From a virus (lineage: Duplodnaviria > Caudoviricetes): a stretch of 27,726 bases of DNA. The notes below the pieces were generated by a model. The model worked only from the letters and a program-made list of their open reading frames with translations, ran no database searches and had not been told where the DNA came from. Positions 14,901 through 23,366 of the stretch are shown in pieces (positions within the stretch are counted from its first letter, which is position 1; each line of letters begins with the position of its first letter). The position numbers were made by a program, and so were the translations under genes. The stretch is taken from positions 1 to 27,726 of IMG/VR virus record IMGVR_UViG_3300025389_000090; one strand, given 5' to 3'.

Positions 14901-17789
14901 CCTGAAAAATTAGCTTCTCATAATAAAAAAATGCGCAGTAAATCTATGGGTATACCTTATTTAGGAGAAGAAGGTCTTAGTTGGAGAAGAAATAATACAA
15001 GCGTTGGTATGGTTTCTTCAACATTTACTCCAAAACGTGATGCTAATGGAGAATTGTTACCATTTGATCCAAAAGTTAACGGGATTCCAAAATGGGCAAA
15101 AGATGCACAAATTCAATCAAGTATATCAACTGCTAGTGGAAGTGGATCAAAAGTTGTATCCAGTCTTAGTAAGTGGGAGATGACTGCACAAGATATTCTT
15201 GCATTTGAAGCAAAACATGGAATTAGATTAGCAAAAGGTGGTGCAATAGGAGCACATCATAGAAAGTCTCCAGTTTATTCTTATACTGGATCAGATGTAT
15301 ATCGTGGTCAGACAAGAAGAATGAAGGCTTCTCTTGGAGTTCATTATAATTCATATCGTGCTCCACATACAAAAGGTCTTAAAGGATGGAATAGCGGAGG
15401 GTATATTCCTGGCTACGCAGGAGGTGGTGCTTTAACTTCTTCTCTTGGAACAATGTCTAATATTTGGAAATTCGGTTCAATGTCTGCGCCTATGGGGGAA
15501 TCTGCAATGGCAGAATCTAGAATGAGTGGCATGGGTCGAATGGGTGCAGGCATGACTATAGGAATGGTTGCCCCAATGATTATAAATGCAATACCATCTA
15601 AAATTGGTGGTACAGATATTAGTGCTGCAAAAGGAACATTAGGTTCTAGTGCTAGTATGGCTGGTATGGCTATGATGTTAGGAGCTTCTGGACCAGCTGC
15701 TGCTGCAATTGGGGGCACTATAATTGCTATTAAAGCAGCAACATGGGCTGTTGGTGCTTTAATTAAAAGACATAAAGATCATTTATTAACAGTTCAAGAA
15801 ACTTATACTGCAAGCACAACGGCAATTAATATGTTTAATAATGCTGCGGGCAAAACCCCTAAACAACTAGCAACATCAATAGAAAACTTAAGCAGTAATG
15901 ATAATCTAAAAAAAGTTGCAGATTATATGAAAGGTATGAGCGGTAAATCAGCAATAGGCACATTAAATTCATTTGTATCATCTCAACTAATATCTGGAAT
16001 GGACCCTTCAAAAGTAAAAGATATGGTAACTGCTATATTAACTTATACAGGTCAAACTAATCTTTTAGATTCAGCACTTAAAGAAATAGTAAAAGATAAC
16101 ACTAACTTAACTGATTCAACAAAAACTTATTTAACTAAACTTCAACAACAAACTAGTTATCAAGATGTAAATGCTAAATCATTTAAAGAGTTAAGTGCTG
16201 GAGGACAAAATTATTCTACAGGATTATATACTGTTGTAAGTGCAATGGACTCGGGTAAATTATCTGGAGATAAGTTAATAAGCGTTATAAATGGTTTAGA
16301 TCAAAGTACTAAAAATGCTACAGAAGATATGAATTTATTAAAGTTAGCAGCAGATAATGCAGGTAATGCACAAATGACTGGCCTTATTAAACAAGTTCAG
16401 TCATTAATGCAAGATGCAGGTCTTGCTAAAGGTGCAATTGCTGGACTTTATGGACTTAAAGATCTTGGATTAAATACGGATACGATACTTGCAAAATATA
16501 ATACTAAAGAAAAAATGGACAAGTTCTTAAAAGATCCTAAAACACAGTTGGCTGAAGCAAAAGCACAGCAAGCAGAATTAAAAAAACAATATGCCGCTCA
16601 AATGCAAGTGCAAAATGCAGGTGCTGCAGCAACAACAACAGATTCTCAAAGATTAAAAATAATGAAAGATCAGAAAAAAACTTTAGACGATACAATTAAA
16701 GCAGAAGAGCTTCGCCTTACAACTATCAAACAACAGAATGATTATTTAAATAAACAAACTGATTTAACAAATCAAATTAAAACTGCAGAAATAAGCGGTA
16801 ATTATATTCAAGCTGCTCAATTAACTCAACAACAAGGATCCAACACTGCTCAATACAATGCGCAGTCTAAAATTGATCAACAAAATTTCCAATCTGATAA
16901 AATGCAGGAAAATATTGATGCCCTAACCCAATCAATTGCAGATGCTGCAGCAAAAGCAACACAGGCTGCAACAAATGCAGCAAGTAAAATTGCTTTTGGA
17001 CCATTATTAGATGCAAATACTTCTCAACTGCAGTCAGCAATTGATAAGCTAGCTTCAGCCTTTGCAGCATTTGAATTAAAACAAAGTGGCGGAGCCCCAG
17101 TAAAGGTTCCTGGAGCTACCCCATACAATCCAAAGCCAGGTGAACCAGGCTATTCTCCAGCAGGACCACAGCTTTATAAAGATCAAAAAGGAAACATTAT
17201 AACAGCAGAAGGAACTCCGTTTGCTCCACCAAAGGGAACTTCTGGTTTAAGGCATCCTCTTTATAGTGGTAAAAAAATACCTGTTTACCTTGGACAAGCT
17301 CAGGTAAAAATGTATGTTGATCCAAAAACTGGTAATGTTTATGATCCAGCTGGTAATGTTAGAAGCAAAGATGGTAAAATTCTTGGAAGATGGTTTGGTT
17401 ATGATGCAGTAAATGAAAATATTGTTGATGCTTATGCATCTGGTGGATCGGTATTTGGTCCAGGAGGACCTAAATCAGATATGATTCCAGCCATGCTTTC
17501 AAATGGTGAATACGTAATGAATGCTGCTTCAGTTTCTAAGTATGGTGTTAATTTTATGAATGCACTTAATACTAAAAGATATTCAATTGGCGGTTCCGCA
17601 TCCGTTTCATTTACTAGACCTTCAAATGATTCAATTGTTGGCAATACAAGCTATAACATTAACCTAACCATAAATGCAAGCGGAGTAACCGATCCAAAGG
17701 TTATAACACAAATGGCACAAGATGGTGTAATGCGGGCTCTTAAAACAAATGATGCTAAAATGAATAAAACAAACATGGCGGTGAAATAA
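11970..17789 (+). CDS. Tail tape measure protein (TP901-like core)
   Basis: 1939 aa, Ala/Gln-rich and helical, with GKNTQWMGRQLTVGLTMPL, hydrophobic segments and C-terminal GPGGPKSDMIPAMLSNGEYV. TTG start with GAGGGGGG upstream. Confidence 0.93.
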   Translation: MNNIQLNIVANAQFQQVYGEVAKLKAAMTSLQQSSVGGPFTAAVTADIKASQSAFDSAVLSTRAFNIQQVAMTDNVTKFGQQLSKGQLSLSNYYKIWRDSAKGTSAEIDALATAQARLNRSIAIADPLRPGYAKLVTDINGVVTAEEKLIFQQQALNTALNEGSMKLINFGKNTQWMGRQLTVGLTMPLAMFGAATSQAYLKFDQQMTDMLKVYGSHATVQSQQTLDLIQKQVTDLADKLARTLGVAMSDTVTVAQTFSSIGLEGQNLINATEATVKLQKLGGLSANQAATSMVALQNVFKLQGNQIAEAVNFLNAAKHSTSTTMQDIVDALPRVGPIIQQMGGTYKDFATLLVSLKESGVPAAQGANAIKSMLASMINPTSAATKALSALHINLKQIVASNQGNLMGMVEGLQSALNALPKDERLKAIEQVFGKFQFARVTALLQNLGTAGSQSAKVLELYQANNTQLAAVAQQELDVASKGTPAARFQTMKASLQADLIPLGRTFLEAFTRIGDVVNHVVNAFKTLSNMLGPAASLLGKIFGTGAAGLLIAGPVIMLVGLFSNLIGNILRGANAIRMFKQGMESASAGENQFLAGLHGMRNFYQELDTSVIAARNQMDLMPEAITTNAKAFEILRNEIVRLTDQFKLLTVAQTSAMGGISPATGGGIDSAFSSLGFISPPSGARYLPIVPKNNGGLLPGFANGGMIYDPSKHGSVVPGPSNVNYDSVLARVPKGGFVLNKTASQKNPGLATLPHYSSGGSMMAMLTPGETVFDPATTAANYNMLNAANNGSTIGGAINSLQSNYGLRQKINPADLVAGHITNDLSGLMIWLDKGLNSRMRNVSKNPPSGTELANFLENMLVSGYDPNALLLDATTKLGISPLKAKEELDQALAKTIKAFTEAGKRKFGGPTDPYGFENFVRDIYQPHLENLPVNLPGAPGNAFSALTSLKTFRPQYGNLTYKEFVEKYNIPVPTDPEKLASHNKKMRSKSMGIPYLGEEGLSWRRNNTSVGMVSSTFTPKRDANGELLPFDPKVNGIPKWAKDAQIQSSISTASGSGSKVVSSLSKWEMTAQDILAFEAKHGIRLAKGGAIGAHHRKSPVYSYTGSDVYRGQTRRMKASLGVHYNSYRAPHTKGLKGWNSGGYIPGYAGGGALTSSLGTMSNIWKFGSMSAPMGESAMAESRMSGMGRMGAGMTIGMVAPMIINAIPSKIGGTDISAAKGTLGSSASMAGMAMMLGASGPAAAAIGGTIIAIKAATWAVGALIKRHKDHLLTVQETYTASTTAINMFNNAAGKTPKQLATSIENLSSNDNLKKVADYMKGMSGKSAIGTLNSFVSSQLISGMDPSKVKDMVTAILTYTGQTNLLDSALKEIVKDNTNLTDSTKTYLTKLQQQTSYQDVNAKSFKELSAGGQNYSTGLYTVVSAMDSGKLSGDKLISVINGLDQSTKNATEDMNLLKLAADNAGNAQMTGLIKQVQSLMQDAGLAKGAIAGLYGLKDLGLNTDTILAKYNTKEKMDKFLKDPKTQLAEAKAQQAELKKQYAAQMQVQNAGAAATTTDSQRLKIMKDQKKTLDDTIKAEELRLTTIKQQNDYLNKQTDLTNQIKTAEISGNYIQAAQLTQQQGSNTAQYNAQSKIDQQNFQSDKMQENIDALTQSIADAAAKATQAATNAASKIAFGPLLDANTSQLQSAIDKLASAFAAFELKQSGGAPVKVPGATPYNPKPGEPGYSPAGPQLYKDQKGNIITAEGTPFAPPKGTSGLRHPLYSGKKIPVYLGQAQVKMYVDPKTGNVYDPAGNVRSKDGKILGRWFGYDAVNENIVDAYASGGSVFGPGGPKSDMIPAMLSNGEYVMNAASVSKYGVNFMNALNTKRYSIGGSASVSFTRPSNDSIVGNTSYNINLTINASGVTDPKVITQMAQDGVMRALKTNDAKMNKTNMAVK

Positions 17790-18301
17790 TGAGTTATAGC
17801 ATAAATGCAGGACTGTCTTTATCTTTAGATAAAACTACTTGGTATGATCTAACGGACCATAATAGACAACCTATTCAATATGCTCCGCAAAGAATTGAAC
17901 AAGTGCAACGTATGGCAAATGGAACTATGAGAAAATTTGTTGTTGCTAATAAAGCTATATATGATACAAGTTGGCAAGCACTTCCATCAGCATCACAAAC
18001 CATAACCTCTCAATCTGGTGTTTCACTGCCAACCTACCAACCAACGGTAGATGGAAAAATGGGCGGAGCTTTTATGAAAGCATTTTATGACACTAATGTA
18101 CTTAGACCAGTGTGGCTTAAATTAACTTTTGCTACAGATAACGCTACTGGAACTGGTCACCTGCCTTCACAATTAGCAATTCCATCAGAAAGCAATCATC
18201 AAATTTTACAAGTATTTATAACAGATTTTAAATATACAATTAACAAAAGATTTACATTAATTGACTACGTGGATGTTACCATGCAGTTTACGGAGGTTTA
18301 A
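17789..18301 (+). CDS. Minor tail protein, probable distal tail (Dit-like)
   Basis: 170 aa directly after the tape measure (TAATG), with RMANGTMRKFVV and C-terminal DVTMQFTEV; gene order. Confidence 0.62.
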   Translation: MSYSINAGLSLSLDKTTWYDLTDHNRQPIQYAPQRIEQVQRMANGTMRKFVVANKAIYDTSWQALPSASQTITSQSGVSLPTYQPTVDGKMGGAFMKAFYDTNVLRPVWLKLTFATDNATGTGHLPSQLAIPSESNHQILQVFITDFKYTINKRFTLIDYVDVTMQFTEV

Positions 18302-21300
18302 TTGTTATCTGTATCTGGTGTTAGTAATGACATATTCTTAAAATCTAATTCAGTAAAAATGCTTCCTATGGTTTCTGCTGAATGGAATCAAAATATATTT
18401 AATGCTCCATACCTTACGGTTGCAGGAGATGGAACTCCGATAGCTGTATCAACAGCATCAACTGATATTTCTGCTGTAACAGATTCAAATAAACATCCTT
18501 ATTTTGATACTTTTAGTTTTCAAATGACTGGGCTGAATGATAATATAAAATATACCTCTAGCCCGTCTGTTTTATCTTCTGCTTTTAAAATAATTACATA
18601 TGTATCAACAAACTCAAGCACCCCAATAATGATAAATGCCTATGCACAAGGAACTGGAGATAGACAATTTGGATCAAGTAATATAGAAGCTAACGCATAT
18701 AACTGGACAAAATTAGAAACTTATATTGGAGCAAACGACAATATATCTTCCTTTACATTTGAATTATCTTTTAATAATTTTAGCACAGCCCCGTCTAATT
18801 CAATTGTTTATTATACAAAACCAGAAATATATGCAACAAGTTCATTTGATTATCAATACGGATCTATATGGTCTACGGATTCAGTATTTACTGGATTTAG
18901 ACCAGGAGAGTCCTACGTATCAACTGGTAATGCTGGATATAGTTTTCCAGCCAATTATAGAAAAGTAAATACTATTAGTTTATTAAAAACTACAGATAAT
19001 TCAGCATCTTACAACACAACAACAAAACCATTTTATATGCCAGTCAGCCCTATAGTATGTAATCCAAGTTTTTTTCATTCATCCCCACCAATGCCAATAT
19101 ATAAAAGTGGTTTAATGACAGATATATCTGCATATAAATATTTTATTTCTGACAACTCAAATACTCCATCTGTTACTGGATTTTATGCAAAACCAGTTGC
19201 AATGAATAAAGTTGTTGTTAAGCTAAATGCATATTTGGCAGTTCCTGGAGTAACAGTTACTGTTACAAAAACAGATGGAAGCAAAATAACATCTGATGTA
19301 ATAAATCCAGCGGATAATGGAACTATTGTACTTTATTTAAATAATGGATCATTAACTCTTGATAAGTGGTCAGCAATGCCAAGCTTTACTAATACTGGTG
19401 ATCTTACAAATTATGTATATATAAAATCAATTACAGTAACTGGACAAGTTGCAAATGCAAGAACAACAATATTTAATACGTCAAACCCTTCAATTTTAAA
19501 TGATATGGGTTTGTTACAAGTAATTGAAATCTCACCAAGATTAGAAATAGATATTACTCCTTACGTTATTGACGTTTCAACAAATAAATCTTTAGATAGT
19601 AAAGATACCTATCTTCCGATATCATCTGTGGTTACAGATGATGCCACCATTACTCTTTCATCAATACCTCTTGGTGATATTACAAATCCAGTTCCCATTT
19701 TTTCTAATATAAGTAATATATCTTCAAGCATACTTAAAGACAACATGATAAAAAATGTTAAATTTTATATTAATTATAATTTAATAGATTACACTGATCA
19801 ATCTTATGTTGATCAACAAGTTAATAAAATAATACCAGGCGGGATTTGGTATTCAGATACTTGGCAGCAAAATGATATAGATACAATATCAGTACAATGT
19901 TATGATATAACTAGATACCTGCAGTCAACCCCAGTCTCAGATTATGTTTCAAATTATAAAGACGCTTTTGATGTTATAACAAATATATTGGATTTGACTG
20001 GTTTTACGGATTACGACATTGATTCTTTGTATAGTGTTTGTTACGATCATAACTCGCCTATTAATATGGATTATTATTTCTGCAACTCAAAAGATTCTAC
20101 TTTAATAGACGCACTTAATCAAATATTTTTGCCATATCAAATAGGTGCTTACATAGATAATTATGGTGTTATGAAGTTTTTAAGTTTGTCTAATATATTA
20201 GACAAACAAAAAAGCTCTACAGATTTTGATTTAGATCAAAATATAGTACTTCAAAATGGATATACAATTAATAATAAATCAAAACCAGGAAAAATATCTT
20301 TAAGATATCAGACTCCAAGATTAAAACAATCTTTATCTTTACAGAATGTAACAGATGCCGATGTTAGAGTTGGTCCATCATACATATACACAACAAGTAA
20401 TGATGTTGTATGGTCCCAACAAAGTGTGGATTCTGTAGGGTTTAATTACTTAGGATCAGATATGAAATATACAGATAATAAATTTGTTATTAATCAAGCT
20501 GATTTATTAGACTCATTCCACACTTTTAATTTAAATAATGATGGTTATGCTGTAATTGAAGACGAAATTGTTTCTTTTGTTTATAAAGAATATGAAATTG
20601 CTCAAAATTCAAATCAAAATATTTATACAAATGTTTCTGTTAAAAATGATTTAGAACTTGCTTCGCAAGTAAATAAATTTATTAAAGATAATCAAATTGG
20701 CATGACCCCAAATGTTGGAATTATATCTAATGCTGTTCCATTTGCATTTACTAGTAATGGTAAAAATTATCAAGCAACAACGTATACAATATCTTCTACT
20801 CCTGTTTCAGATGTATTAAATCCAGTAACTTCATTTAGTATTGGTAATTTGGTTTCTGTAAGCAACATGAGTCCCGAAGAATTAAATGTTTCTGGAAGAA
20901 TAATATCATCTACAAATAACTCTTTTACTATTATTACTGGATCAACAAAATCAATGGATTCTGGTTGGTCTAACAAAGGCAGGGTTTCAAAAGGTTCTGA
21001 TTATGATGTAAAGGTCACTCCAACTGGCAATATAACAAATATAACACGTGGAATGTTTGGCACCAATGTTTCTGATCACAAGATGATGACAAGCTTATCT
21101 AGTAAAAACTTAACAGCTTCTTTAGTTGATCAAAGTTATTCACTTTTGTCAGCTCAGTCTGCAAATTATAATATAACAACAACTCAACCAGATCCTAGCA
21201 GTACAATAAGCCCACCACCCCAGTTACCTTATTATTATTTTTTGGGTCAACCAGATAACAATAATAAAATTATTCTTTATCCAAGTAATGCAAATGACTT

Positions 21301-22762
21301 AGGATACAAAACATATTCAACTAAATTTAAATTTGTAGATGATATCCCTGGCAACAATAATAATTTATGTTCTGGTGGATTGTTTTTTAATATGGGTTCT
21401 TCTAATTTAAATAACACGCATTTCTTAGAATTAGTACGATCAAATATGGGAGATCAAACTACAGATGGAAGAAATTATTTGTATTATTTAGTATTATATA
21501 AAATTGTAAATAATGCGCCATCACTCCTAGCATATTCAAATGTTACTGGAATTGTTTCCACGATAACTAATAATTTTGAAAAACTATATAAACTTACTGG
21601 AGATACAAATAATCCTTATTCTTTATATACTGATCCTCATGAAGCATATCATTTAAAATTTACTACATATTCTTTTGATCATTCACAAGATGGAGAAGGG
21701 CTGCCAGGACAATCAACAAGTAATGGCGATGGAGTTTTATTTTCAGTATTTTTAAATAACTTTGAAATAGGACAATGGCAAACTTATTCTAATTCATCTT
21801 GGTCAAATACTGCCGTAAATTCTATAACTGGATTAAGAAAAAAAGTTGTTATAAATTCAACTATTAATAATGGTACTAAATTTGGAGCTTTTCTTTCTGG
21901 CGAACCAGTAGTTATTTCAAATGCTGGGAGCAATGTTTCCTACCCGACATCCAATTTTTCATCAAGAAATCAAGTTGGATATATAAGAGAAATTTATGCT
22001 TCTCAAAAAGTTTTAAAAGAAAGAAATGTAAATTATTATTTTCAAGATCGTGAATTTTTAAATGCACTTGTTCAAGGACAAAGAACTTTTTCTTTGTATA
22101 AAGAATACATTATGCAAACTCAACCAGCAGTAGTAGGAATAAATATGTACGATGTTCAGTACACAAACGGAGCTGCAGTTTTAGTAGACATATTACCAGT
22201 TGAATATGCTTGGTTTTACTACCCTGGAAATAAATTATTAGATCAGCAGTATCTTCAGCATCAAATTGTTGACGAATATTCAGCAGCCTACTCAACACCA
22301 ATAAACACTGGATTTAGAGGTAAATTTGCTGTTGTTAACAACAGTTCTCATGCAGTTTATTTAAAGAAAGATTCTGATGAATTAAATGCTTTTGTAGTTA
22401 ACCTTAATCTTTGGACTCATGAAATTATAGTTCCGTCCGATCCAGAAATAATAGAGATCGTGACAGATCCAGGGAATATAGGAGAAGTGGTACAATTAGA
22501 TTCTTCATTTATACAATCTAAAGATGCTGCTGGAAAGTTATTAAAAATAGTAAGTTCTGGAATTGATAATTTTTCTAAAGATGTCAGTCTTAGTATTTTT
22601 GGAAATCCTTTAATTGAGGTGGGGGACGTAATAGGATTAACCTACCCACTAATGGGAATAAATGCTCAAAAGTATATAGTACATTCAGTTTCGAATACCT
22701 ACAATAATGGTTTAAGCACCAAATTAACTTTAAATATGTTAAATAGAGGAATTAATAAATAA
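18302..22762 (+). CDS. Large minor tail protein, probable baseplate hub/tail tip
   Basis: 1486 aa, beta-rich, with ISVQCYDITRYLQ, AYIDNYGVMKF and C-terminal FGNPLIEVGDVI...TKLTL typical of hub-like proteins. TTG start with GGAGG at 18292-18296. Confidence 0.72.
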   Translation: MLSVSGVSNDIFLKSNSVKMLPMVSAEWNQNIFNAPYLTVAGDGTPIAVSTASTDISAVTDSNKHPYFDTFSFQMTGLNDNIKYTSSPSVLSSAFKIITYVSTNSSTPIMINAYAQGTGDRQFGSSNIEANAYNWTKLETYIGANDNISSFTFELSFNNFSTAPSNSIVYYTKPEIYATSSFDYQYGSIWSTDSVFTGFRPGESYVSTGNAGYSFPANYRKVNTISLLKTTDNSASYNTTTKPFYMPVSPIVCNPSFFHSSPPMPIYKSGLMTDISAYKYFISDNSNTPSVTGFYAKPVAMNKVVVKLNAYLAVPGVTVTVTKTDGSKITSDVINPADNGTIVLYLNNGSLTLDKWSAMPSFTNTGDLTNYVYIKSITVTGQVANARTTIFNTSNPSILNDMGLLQVIEISPRLEIDITPYVIDVSTNKSLDSKDTYLPISSVVTDDATITLSSIPLGDITNPVPIFSNISNISSSILKDNMIKNVKFYINYNLIDYTDQSYVDQQVNKIIPGGIWYSDTWQQNDIDTISVQCYDITRYLQSTPVSDYVSNYKDAFDVITNILDLTGFTDYDIDSLYSVCYDHNSPINMDYYFCNSKDSTLIDALNQIFLPYQIGAYIDNYGVMKFLSLSNILDKQKSSTDFDLDQNIVLQNGYTINNKSKPGKISLRYQTPRLKQSLSLQNVTDADVRVGPSYIYTTSNDVVWSQQSVDSVGFNYLGSDMKYTDNKFVINQADLLDSFHTFNLNNDGYAVIEDEIVSFVYKEYEIAQNSNQNIYTNVSVKNDLELASQVNKFIKDNQIGMTPNVGIISNAVPFAFTSNGKNYQATTYTISSTPVSDVLNPVTSFSIGNLVSVSNMSPEELNVSGRIISSTNNSFTIITGSTKSMDSGWSNKGRVSKGSDYDVKVTPTGNITNITRGMFGTNVSDHKMMTSLSSKNLTASLVDQSYSLLSAQSANYNITTTQPDPSSTISPPPQLPYYYFLGQPDNNNKIILYPSNANDLGYKTYSTKFKFVDDIPGNNNNLCSGGLFFNMGSSNLNNTHFLELVRSNMGDQTTDGRNYLYYLVLYKIVNNAPSLLAYSNVTGIVSTITNNFEKLYKLTGDTNNPYSLYTDPHEAYHLKFTTYSFDHSQDGEGLPGQSTSNGDGVLFSVFLNNFEIGQWQTYSNSSWSNTAVNSITGLRKKVVINSTINNGTKFGAFLSGEPVVISNAGSNVSYPTSNFSSRNQVGYIREIYASQKVLKERNVNYYFQDREFLNALVQGQRTFSLYKEYIMQTQPAVVGINMYDVQYTNGAAVLVDILPVEYAWFYYPGNKLLDQQYLQHQIVDEYSAAYSTPINTGFRGKFAVVNNSSHAVYLKKDSDELNAFVVNLNLWTHEIIVPSDPEIIEIVTDPGNIGEVVQLDSSFIQSKDAAGKLLKIVSSGIDNFSKDVSLSIFGNPLIEVGDVIGLTYPLMGINAQKYIVHSVSNTYNNGLSTKLTLNMLNRGINK

Positions 22763-22772
22763 ACCAATAAAA

Positions 22773-22781
22773 TGGTATAAT
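22773..22781 (+). promoter_or_regulatory. Extended -10 promoter TGGTATAAT
   Basis: Consensus motif in a 39-nt intergenic gap, upstream of an AAGGAG RBS. Confidence 0.62.
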
Positions 22782-22801
22782 TTATATAAATAAGGAGAAA
22801 A

Positions 22802-23350
22802 ATGGCATACATAAAAATATCTGACCCAAAGATTATTGACCTACCTACAATTCATCAAATTGTAAATGTGGTAAATCAGCATAGCGATAATATATCAGCT
22901 ATCACAAATAATTTTGGAAGTGTTTACAGCAATGTCCCCGTAACATCAAATAATACAACTCAAGGTTTGTATGATATATCATCACAGCAGATATATTACG
23001 GATACACTACAATATCTGATTCTGATTGGGATACTTCTTCTTATGAATATAAAAAACAGGTAAACTTTACCTCTTCTTTTACAACAATACCCATTATAGT
23101 CGCATCCGTATCAACATTAGGTCAAGGTTCTTCAGACAATAGTTCTGCTACAGCTACGGCATTGACTCAAGATTTAGTTGTAAATATTAAAAACCCACAG
23201 CAGTCAGTTTTTACTATTTCCTTAAGGCACGTTGGTGATAATGCCACTACAAAAGTCAATACATCATTATATGGAGCGGGTAAAGATGGAAAGTTTCTTG
23301 CTCCGTCTTATACAGTTACAGTCAATTGGATTGCAATCGGACATAAATAA
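22802..23350 (+). CDS. Small tail fibre-associated protein, gp53-like/H-type-lectin-like C-terminus
   Basis: VNFTSSFTTIPIIVASV...VNWIAIG signature; AAGGAG RBS. Confidence 0.68.
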   Translation: MAYIKISDPKIIDLPTIHQIVNVVNQHSDNISAITNNFGSVYSNVPVTSNNTTQGLYDISSQQIYYGYTTISDSDWDTSSYEYKKQVNFTSSFTTIPIIVASVSTLGQGSSDNSSATATALTQDLVVNIKNPQQSVFTISLRHVGDNATTKVNTSLYGAGKDGKFLAPSYTVTVNWIAIGHK

Positions 23351-23366
23351 AAGATAGGAGGATGGG

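Noticed and set aside
13147-17644. Several minus-strand ORFs of 67-110 aa within the tape measure gene
   Set aside because: Fully nested antisense to a long gene with no motifs. The other short nested track ORFs elsewhere in the window were rejected for the same reason.
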